Shown: in pieces, positions 1-9,318 of the stretch
Numbering within the stretch: position 1 is the first letter of the stretch
Layout: the number at the start of each line of letters is the position of its first letter
Assembly (NCBI GenBank): GCA_032718475.1
Contig: JAUCBJ010003142.1
Coordinates: forward strand, 1-33,133
Length of the DNA: 33,133 bases
Source of the DNA: Nemertoderma westbladi
Taxonomy: Eukaryota; Animalia; Xenacoelomorpha
Direction of reading: 5' to 3'
Translations under genes and position numbers: made by a program
Notes under the pieces: generated by a model
Told to the model about the DNA's origin: nothing
Seen by the model: only the letters and a program-made list of their open reading frames with translations
Database searches by the model: none

Positions 1-42
1 ACTGTTGTCAGGTATGTTGGTATAGGCAGATAGGCCTACCTA

Positions 43-270
43 CCCTAGTCTTGCAACATGCGAAATCTGAAAAGATCTTGATAAGATTTGTTAACATTCT
101 TTGTAAGATCTTGGCACTTCATATTCTGATCTTTGCAGGGGAGGCACTGATCGTGTAAGATCCTTACAGATTCTCTAGGTACATCCCAGATCTTTGCAGG
201 GAGTCACTGATCATGTAAGAACATTACAGATTAACTATGAATATACCAGATCTTTGCTGTTCGCTACGGG
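43..270. repeat. Short repeat element with ~60-bp internal tandem units (2.2 copies) and weak CCC...GGG ends
   Basis: GATCTTTGC recurs at 128, 189 and 249 with matching intervening sequence. Left end CCCTAG at 43; right end reverse-complements to CCCGTAG (264-270). Confidence 0.5.
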
Positions 271-1224
271 ATGTGCATACGCGATCGTTGTAAATTTATT
301 AAATTATTTATTCCATGAGTCTTTATCACTACTGTCATTTTTTGACAGTGAAAGCGAAAAGGTACCTTATGGCATAACTTTATGCATGATCACTATATTT
401 CAAATATCAATAACAATATAATATCATAGCCAGTATAATATTTAAATACAATATCCACAAAATACAGCCCACAAACCGCCCAGAAGCGGTAAATGATGTA
501 TACAGTAGTAACAATTAATTATTTAAAATAAATACAACTGCATTTCTTTGCTAACATACTGTATGATCGTGCTTTAGGGATATTTTCTATTTTATTTTAT
601 GTGTTGACAAGCCGACCTTCAATATTAAATTATTAAAAGTCATCTTTGAGTTTTCAAAGTCGCTTAAATGTTTATATCCGAGTTTTTAGCGTCGTTTATA
701 ATGCAAGATCGAGTTTTACCACTGAAATCTCAAAGATTGATTTTTCACATTGTTGACTGTTTTTTTTTGAGTCAGAAAAATAATAAAAATATAAAATGTC
801 CCCTTCATCAACACCATATACTGTATATTCATACTGTACCATATCCAAAATAATTACATTTATTCCAAAAATATAATTATTATATATTTATTAATATTTG
901 TTATGGTTGGCATAAGTAGTATAAAAATTATCATGTAACTAGATAATGCTAAAGCTAATATAATGTTGGCTTTAGAAGCATTTGCAAACAATGTAGACCT
1001 ACTATATTTAGAATGTGGGGCGTGCTAAGCTGTGAGCGATGCCTTAGCATAGGGGTACCATTATTCCTTGATGAAATTTATCCAAACTTGGTACGTTTGG
1101 AGTCCGTCAAAAGTTTAGAAAGAACCCAAAGTTTGATAAAAAAAAAATCACACATTCTGTCATTCGGTACCGGCAGTTTCAGAGTTTTGATAAAAACCGA
1201 AATAAGTCGGTCAATCATTGATAA

Positions 1225-1515
1225 TTAACCCTATTAGTACCGGGCTATAAAATGTTGTACAAATACCGGGGGGAGGGGGTCATATTGACCCCCCCCCCCC
1301 CCCCCCCTCTAAAATCTACAAATATTTACGAAAACGTCTGATTTTTTGGTTGTACGTAGGTATCACTTGTCTGGATCCGACCGAAAAAAATTTTTTTCGA
1401 AAAAATGTACTGGGGTGGTTATATTGCAGGTGTTTAACATCTCCCTGATGCTGGGTCAGACGGACATCAAGACTGTATTCTACCCCTAACCGTATATGTG
1501 CCGACATCATATCTC
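1225..1515. mobile_element. piggyBac-like non-autonomous element end (truncated)
   Basis: TTAA (1225-1228) is followed directly by CCCTATTAGTACCGGG, then a G-run/GGGGTCA-TAT-TGACCCC/C-run hairpin (~1268-1305). TTAA|CCC is the established piggyBac junction. No matching other end was found nearby. Confidence 0.45.
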
Positions 1516-2065
1516 TTAACACATTCGTTCTAGAGGTTCTGTTAGTCCCTTTACATAAGGCAGTCCTATATTGACTTCAGGGCGTTGTGGCTTTGTTGGT
1601 ATGTCTTCACTGGTTACCTTAAGGCTATCAAAGGACTTATTACACTTTCGTAAGAAATTATAAATGACCCTAGTTGGATAACCATTGGCCATAAGTGAGT
1701 CAGTTAACTGCGATTGAGTGCGCCCCCTAGCGTCTCGATCCGAACATAATTTGTTAGTCCTATAGAATAACCCACTACACACACTTCTCTTAACTCTCGG
1801 GTGGTGATTAGAGCTGAAATTCAAATAGCGATGGGAATGTGTCGGTTTGTGATATATGGTAGTATGGAATGTTCCTTTACTTAAAGTTACTAAGGTGTCC
1901 AAGAAAGCTAAGGACCCATCACTGTGTTGCTTGTCTACAGTAAATTTAACATCCAAAGGTAAACTATTAAGTTTGCTAAGTAAAGTTTCTACATCGTTAG
2001 GATTAATTATCGTCCATGTATCATCCACATATCTAAACCACGCTTCAGGTAAGAAACCCAGTCGA
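1516..2065 (-). mobile_element. Penelope-like retroelement fragment (RT C-terminus, thumb and linker; GIY-YIG domain missing)
   Basis: The frame upstream of the ORF-track start reads EAWFRYVDDTW (RT catalytic YVDD). It continues with FT.D, LAFLDTLV, TTIYHKPTHSHRYLNFSSNH, NGYP and LPYVKGLTE, all typical of Penelope-like elements. Confidence 0.9.
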
Positions 2066-2777
2066 CATTCGACAAGTTAACAAGAGATTATCAACAGACA
2101 TAGATCATTTAAGTATAGCAGTGTTGGAAAGCGGGGGGTTCCTGAAAATTAAATAATTTTGTACGTATAGTAATTTAGTAGTTAGGCAGTTATGTACCTT
2201 TGTCCTGTTAAAAACATTTCATAAATAGGTAGCTGTAATAATTCATTAACTCTGTTTACATTCAGTTGATTATTGACAATGTGGGCCCTTAGCCCTTGAA
2301 ATTTATTTATTTTATTATATTAAAACAGTTAATAAAACTTAATTCTTACATACATTTAGTATATACTCTAGGCTTACAACCTATGTCGCAGCAGTATGTA
2401 TAATTTGCTTTGAATTTGATACACATGAACGGATTAATAAGTATATCAACAGAATCAATTAAGACTAAATTGTCTAGGTCTGTATGAGGTTTAAATACTT
2501 CAAATGCTTGAGTTCTAGTTCCTCTGACACTTCAATGAGGAACTAAATACGGAATAAGTCAGACCGTCAGTTAATAGAAGAGATGTGGCTGATGTCATAC
2601 AAAACACATATGTATTTCAAGTCACTCAATGCGAAATTAGGACTTAGTTCCAAGGAGTGTCAGGGTCATCACGGAGACAGTGTTGGTAGTGGGGGTAGTG
2701 ATTTACAAACTGTAGTAAATTATAAGCCAACTACAACCAAGGCAGAGTTAGTTGAATTGGTTGAATCTCATAACACT

Positions 2778-2990
2778 AACCCGGTGGAAATGGAATCACA
2801 TTCACTGAAACATCGTAGTTGGAGATATGGTGCCTGTAAAGGATGAACTGAAAGACAGTGTTCATTGACCGGTGGCGCATGTCACCAATATTTTCCCTGG
2901 AAAAGACAGTCTCACCCCCACTGTGATGATCCAAACAGCCAAGGGCCACTACAACCGCCCAATACAAACTTTATGTCTACTTAAAGCTGC
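2778..2990 (+). mobile_element. BEL/Pao LTR retrotransposon relic (integrase C-terminal region, DUF5641-like), two in-frame stops
   Basis: One frame reads TRWKWNHIH*NIVVGDMVPVKDELKDSVH*PVAHVTNIFPGKDSLTPTVMIQTAKGHYNRPIQTLCLL. This matches the BEL/Pao pattern KW..VGD.V.VKD..WP.A.V..FPGKDG..V...T..G...RPI.KLC.L. Confidence 0.85.
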
Positions 2991-3282
2991 TTGTGATGAC
3001 ATTGAGTGGTTACAAGTATTACATCAAAGTGTTAATTGGCAATCTGTACTATACTATTATATAAATTAACTCATTGCCCATTGCTTTAAGCAAATACTAC
3101 TATGGGTGGGAATCCGCACTTATAAGAGAGGGTGGACGTGTATAAAACCCACACTGATTAGAACACTAACAGAAGATAATGCTCATAGTGTAGGAGGCAC
3201 ACTGTTTACAAAGGTTGAATACACAATGCATAGAATATAGACTTTGTAAAACAGTCAATGTTGTAAGTTCACTTATTATAAC

Positions 3283-3740
3283 GGGATGCAGACACTTGCC
3301 CAATATTTATTTTAATATTTAAAAAAATATTTTAGGTCACTTATCCAATTTATTTCATTTTTTACCGAAAGTAGGTAACTTTATCAATATGTCACTTGCC
3401 CAATACTCGAATCGCAGAATAAGTTACTTGCTCAATAAGTTTTTTTGAGACTAGAATTTAAATTCACTACGTGTCCTGCCTGTTGGTAGACTTGCTACAT
3501 AACATAATCAGATAGTGGCGCACATTGAGCGCAAGTGAAAATTGTGATCTTCAGAGGTAATTGAACGCAAGTTAAATAGGTTATAGTTTATTGTTTTGGT
3601 TTGAAAAAACCACCACTGTCACCTGCTCCTTTCCATTAATGTTATAATTACTAAAGCTAAATCACAACATATTGGGCAAGTGTCGTATTGGGAAAATGAC
3701 CACACCAGATCTAGTTATTGGGAAAGTTAGTCATAGGGAA
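3283..3740. mobile_element. MITE-like element with inverted subterminal repeats
   Basis: Perfect 16-bp inverted repeat GACACTTGCCCAATAT (3291-3306) / ATATTGGGCAAGTGTC (3669-3684). Further degenerate ACTTGCCCAAT copies lie on the left arm and TATTGGG copies on the right arm. Boundaries are approximate. Confidence 0.65.
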
Positions 3741-3924
3741 ATTGTCTTAAGGTAGCATAGGTTAGCATATAGGAGCAGGTTACAGCGAATAGATTAAACA
3801 AAAACAAAAATTAAAACATGTAACTTGGTTGCTCAGGTTACAAAAGGAGCAGAATACAGAGGATCGTAGATAGAACCAAAACCATAAGTAAATAAATTAT
3901 GGTTACCACGAGTTACAAGAAGAG

Positions 3925-4890
3925 TCATGAAGATCTCCCATTGGCTATTCGGAGTCCAGAATTTCTACAAAGAGTTAGTAGTCTCCAGCCATAGTTATTA
4001 ATTTTTGAATCGGTATTTTTCCTATCTGTCTCAAATGGAAGGTCAGTAGTATTAAACTGATGGCTATTCGGAATTATGTCATCATTAGGAAGCAGTCTGT
4101 CAAGAGTATCACAAGGTCTGTCATTGGGGATGAAGTCAGACTCGGTACTAGTTCGTGCATTGAAATCACCAAAAATCATAAGTTCACCCAGACAACTGAA
4201 CTTTATTATTCCTTCCTCCAGTTTTTCAAATACAGAAATTGGGTCCCCTAACGCTGCTGTTGAACCGTTCGGCAGTAAATACACCAGACCTAGAACAATA
4301 TCTGTAATGATACCGAATTTTTTTGCTTCAAAAAGTACCCATAGGATGTCGTCATCACTGTCACACAAAACATGTACCGCCCCGTCGTATTTTGTTTTAT
4401 AATATAGCGTAATTCCGCCACTGCATCTTTTAGCATTTTTATTTTTTCGCTTCCTGTTAACGGATACATTTGAGTAGCCATTTATATTTAAATCAAGCTC
4501 AGCAACTGGACTAAGCCACGTTTCAGTGCACAAGAAAAAGTCATAACCAGAAATAAATTTGGTAAAATCAGGTTCCACAATACTCTTTACTATACCCTCA
4601 ACATTAAAATTACCAAACTTCAGTCTTGTTTCTAACTTGGAGTTGGTGTCTAACCTTTCCCTGGTGGAATGATGGACTGAGGGCCCATAGAGTTGTCTGG
4701 TTGGCATCTATTACTACCGACACCGTTTAAATTAGGCTGTGTTGCGTTTACGGTGCCGGATTGGGATCTTGTCCCGTAAGGGTTTTCACCGCCACCCTTT
4801 CTGTTCACCGCACCTAGGCTGTTGCAACGTGGATGACCATACCCACGGCCTCTCGGAGCCTTGTACTGTTGGCCGCTGACTGCCCTAGTT
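3925..4890 (-). mobile_element. Non-LTR retrotransposon fragment: APE endonuclease domain of ORF2 plus probable ORF1 tail; RT absent
   Basis: ORF 4707-3925 carries FNVEGI, ETWL, SGGITLYY, VYLLP, GDFNART and NNYGWRLLTLC...LRIANGR. A separate open frame from ~4895 ends in TAG at 4652-4650, as an overlapping ORF1 end would. The clade (RTEX/CR1/L2-like) cannot be resolved by eye. Confidence 0.88.
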
Positions 4891-5556
4891 AACGAAGCTC
4901 ACATTCACACATAATGTTCCGTTGATACTGTGATTTCTGTGTCACCTCTGTAACTGATATACTTTAGTATCATTTATATTTCTGGTTAGAAAACACACAA
5001 CACCCACCTGTTCCTTTCCCAGGATTGGCTTAATTTATGTGTCATAATCTGTTAATAACAAATTATTTCAAAACATCCATAAGAACAAAACCTACATGCC
5101 TTGCTATATGACTATATCATTATGCCAATCCTAATCATTAGAAAGGACACGCCATACTAAAGTGTAGGCCTAGGTAGGGTAGAACTGTATTAACACCATG
5201 GATAATAAATATATTACTTTTTCATATTTACTCCAGATTATAAAGAAGAGTGTATTCTTCCGATAATGGACTGGGAAAGAATTCGATCAGAAGATCCGTT
5301 GAATTCGTCACAAACAGATGCCCATAATTCTTCATTGAGCTCAATCGGATTTGTAATCCTCCTTCGGTTCGCAAATTGATAACCCTCCCCCACCTCAGAA
5401 CCCGGTACCGGTAACTAACGAAAGTTAGTTAGCATGGTAAGATCGATTACAAATGCATGGGCGGCCCAATTGTAATCCGACCAACCAAACATAAGAAAAC
5501 GCAAAATAAGGAAAATTAAATGATGCAGTCTTCTGCGATGATGAAGATTAATTTAT

Positions 5557-5806
5557 TAGCTTACGGGAACTTTGATTAGTCAGTTGGTGTGTGGGATATA
5601 TTTCTTTAAATATTTAATAGGGGAGTGGCACTGTCGATAGCTTACGGGAGCTTTGATTAGTCAGTTGGTGTGCAGGATATATTTCTTTAAATATTTAATA
5701 GGGCAGTGGCACCGTCAATAGCTTACGGGAACTTTGATTTGTCAGTTGGTGTGCGGGATATATTTCTTTAAATATTTAATAGAACAGTAGCGCCATCATT
5801 AGCTTA
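5557..5806. repeat. Tandem repeat, 81-bp unit, 3 copies
   Basis: TAGCTTA(CGGG) starts at 5557, 5638, 5719 and 5800 (partial), with near-identical intervening sequence. Confidence 0.95.
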
Positions 5807-6048
5807 TTTTGTTGGATAATATATAAGTTTTTTATATCAATTTAAAGCCAATATTCTAACTTAGATTTTGGTCTGTGTTTGGAATCTCAACGTTGTCATG
5901 GAAACAAGATACAACCAACCAGTGGAATTCAAAATCCAGATTTTATACATTCGTAGGTGTATGTATTTATTTTATGAGAAAGTTAGTGTTGCTATGGAAA
6001 TAAGACTAGCTACCATTTTGGTTCACTCTTGTGTTTTAAATTGGAAGC

Positions 6049-6436
6049 ATGTTCTCTGGTGAAGAGAAAGTTTTTATTGTAAAAACGTATTTTGAAACTA
6101 AGTCACCCAAACTGACAGCTAGTGCATTTGAACAAAAATTTTCAAATCAGCGTCTTCCTAAAAACACTGAAATTTTAAGATTCGTGAAAAAACTTTAATC
6201 CAAATTCGGTTTGGCCAGATAAAAGGGGTCAGGAAGACGCATTCTTGTTTCAAGAGATATCATTGAGGCCCATTTTATCCAGAATCCCAAGACAACACTG
6301 AAGCAGGCATCACTATCATCACTGCTACAGTCGTAGCAGTATTCAAAGAGTTGTTAAGAAACTCAAATTTAAATCTTACAAAATTCAGCTCCTACATGCA
6401 ATTGAACAAAACGACGACACCAGACGTGTCAATTAA
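6049..6436 (+). pseudogene. Tc1/mariner-superfamily transposase N-terminal relic (DUF4817-like HTH), with stops and a frameshift
   Basis: From ATG 6049: MFSGEEKVFIVKTYFETKSPKLTASAFEQKFSNQRLPKNTEILRFVKKL*SKFGLAR*KGSGR...HFIQNPKTTLKQAS. A shifted frame then gives SIQRVVKKLKFKSYKIQLLHAIEQNDDTRRVN. Not in the ORF track. Confidence 0.85.
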
Positions 6437-6975
6437 CAGTTATTTAGATTTTATATCTTCATTTTTTGTCCCTTGGTGAGGAATCCATCATAGAGAATCT
6501 CCTAGTGTGCATTTAAATAGCTGAGAAATTAATAAACATCATGCATAAAGGGAATAATAATAACCCTCGAGTCACTATTAAATAGCATCCCAGATCTGTA
6601 TGCATGAGAAACACCGTAATTCTTGAAGAATTCTTAAATGACACGCGAATAGCAGTTTCTTGAAACATAAAAACTTTCTGTTATAATTAAAGTATTATTT
6701 TTAATCTTTCCAATTAAGCCAAATTAAATGACCGTATGTAAAACAGTCCCCTCAGTTTAATTATAATATTAATTTAATTTATTAATTCAATTTCATTTGT
6801 AATTTCAGTAACTTACTTTATAACTATGATTTTATCATATTAATTCTTAATAGCGGATTTTCTAAATTACAAATCTTTACTCTGGGGGGGGGGGGGGGAG
6901 GGGGGCTTTACTGGGGGAACGAACATGTACTGGTGCGCATTTGTATACCGACTACTGTACTACAGGCTACAGGTT

Positions 6976-7238
6976 GGGTGCAACCTTCGCACGAGTACGA
7001 CTTTCGCCCGTGTCCACACTTCACCCCGGGGAAAACCTTCGCCCGCAAGTCAATCTTCCACCGCGAACAACCTTCGCCCAATAAGATTTGTGTTAGTAAC
7101 CATTTTAGTTACCAATTAAGGGAAAGGAGCAGGTTACAGAGACGGCTTCTTCTAACCAAAACAATAATTGTTTAGTTGGCGATGGTTGCTCGCGGGAGAA
7201 GATTGTCTGCGGGCGAAGTTTGCTGCGTGTGCGTACCC
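6976..7238. mobile_element. MITE-like element with ~50-bp imperfect inverted arms
   Basis: Left arm CTTCGCCCGCAAGTCAATCTTCCACCGCGAACAACCTTCGCC (~7037-7078) matches the reverse complement of ~7177-7220 (CTTCGCCCGCAGACAATCTTCTCCCGCGAGCAACCATCGCC). Ends are GGGT...ACCC. Confidence 0.75.
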
Positions 7239-7688
7239 TACTAAACATTACACATCACGTGTGGCGGGCATTTTGTTAAAATTCCAAACAATCACACCTG
7301 GACTACGCTGGGGGGGGCTCTTCCCCCACACCCACAACTACTATAAATATGAAGTTAGCAGGTTAGTCAAGTTAGCATACCGGCGGTACCTACATTTATT
7401 TCAACTACTGAACTAGGCCTATTATTGGAAAATATTTTAATAAAATAATTGAATTATATTAATACAATCACCATTGGACAGGGTCACAGCGAACGTGGGT
7501 TTAACTTATTAATACTTATTCAATATTGGTTTAGGATGAAATGGCATGAACACGACAGCAAAATAATTGAAATGCAGGCAGCAGTTCATTGGTCCGAGTT
7601 TAGACTTCGTCCACCAGTCCTTCTCCCCGAAACCCAAACCCCTCCATGACCGTCTAGCTAGGCTAGACTAGGCCTATTACTGTATTAT

Positions 7689-7728
7689 TGTTGTCAGGTA
7701 TGTTGGTATAGGCAGATAGGCCTACCTA
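7689..7728 (+). repeat. Exact 40-bp direct repeat of window positions 3-42
   Basis: TGTTGTCAGGTATGTTGGTATAGGCAGATAGGCCTACCTA is present at 3-42 and 7689-7728. Confidence 0.95.
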
Positions 7729-7735
7729 ATACCAC

Positions 7736-8128
7736 CCCAGGAAAACCATTTCTGGCAATTTTTCAGAAATATTTATCCGGCTTGCAGGCCATGTCTGGTG
7801 GCTGTAGACTGGCAAAATGTCTCGGCTACTTTGCAGCTTTTTTGGTACCCATTTTGCTGGAAATGTCGCCACCTGCCATAGCCCACAATGGATAAATTAA
7901 CATGTCATCCTATGGGGACATGGTTAGGGGTGCGACAAAGAGCTGGAATGTTGCCGGGAAGTTATAGCCAGTTGCAATGGTAAAACCCCGCTGCCAGACG
8001 GAAATATGTAGCTGCTTTGTCGCCTTGGGAATTTCTGTACTAGACGGAAATTTGTAGCTGCTTTGTAGCGGCTTTGTCGCCTTTGTAATTTTCTGTTCCA
8101 GACGGAAATTTGTAGCGCCTTTGTCGCC
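7736..8128. repeat. Possible DNA-transposon end (CCCAG...) with subterminal repeats
   Basis: CCCAGGAAAACC at 7736. AGACGGAAAT.TGTAGC...TTTGTCGCC units occur three times between 7994 and 8128. An EnSpm/CACTA-like assignment is inference only. Confidence 0.4.
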
Positions 8129-9318
8129 ATAATTTATAAGAAAATTTATAACTGACTTGTCACTTATTAATCCACAGCAAATTGGTTATTAGAAACTTCA
8201 ATTATTAAAACTGTTTAAATACAGTAGCTTATAAGACCAAATCTGCACAGATGTAATATGCAGTATAGGCCAACTGTTTATGAGTTGCGTGCGTGTGTAC
8301 TGAAGTAGTAATTGAGTTATAATAGTTCCAAATACCATTTTATACTCATGTATTGTCATTGAAAATATTTCAATAAGGCCTACATTAAAAAACAAGTAAT
8401 TTGCAAAGTGAACTTGTATGTATACTGTATACTATTAACCATATAACGAAACAATAAACAATATCACTATTTTACAGTAGTCTTATTTGAATGAGTAGGC
8501 CTACATTAGTTTACAGGATCCTAAGATAAGATAAGGTAAGATATTTTATTTAAGAAGAGAGAGACATCTCAACTATGACATCTATAATCTATCTGTACTT
8601 ATCTATGACTATCTGTAACATCTAAAATAGCGCACATAATAAAATTATAAATACCCTACACATGCGCGCAATATCGATAGACTTAAAACATAGAGCGAGG
8701 CGAATAATGTGTTAGCAAGGAAAAAATAGTAATTAAAATGCAATGAAACCAAAAATAAGTAAACACGAAATTTGTTTGAAAAAATTACGTACGGTAACGT
8801 TACATAAAAGTAAGTAAAATAGTTATAGATTCCTATCAAACTTACAATATTGTGTAAAATCACAATCACGAATTCGTTTTTTGAATTCAGGTAAGTTACT
8901 CCAAATATTTATCACACGGTTGAAAAACATGTTACCAACACAATTAGTCTTATACTTAGAACAGTCTTAGTTAACATTGTGCCCTCTAGTAGAGCTATAG
9001 TTCGAACGTCTAAAGTAATTACTGGCGTCTAAATTAACGCGTTCGTTAATTATTTTGTATGTAAAAATAAGATCACGATAAATACGGCGAAGTTCTAGTG
9101 GTTCTAGTCCAAGGTAATACATTCTACTCTTATATTGAGCACCTTTTCAAACACAATGTTGTATACGTAATTTTGTTCATGATGTCAACCTATCGGCCTT
9201 TTGAACCTCTTAATTATTAGTATTAATTAGTATTATTTTGTTATTATTTAGTTATCTAATTAACCACAGTTTACTATACAATACTACAGTAGATATTATA
9301 CTATATGATATTGTTAGT

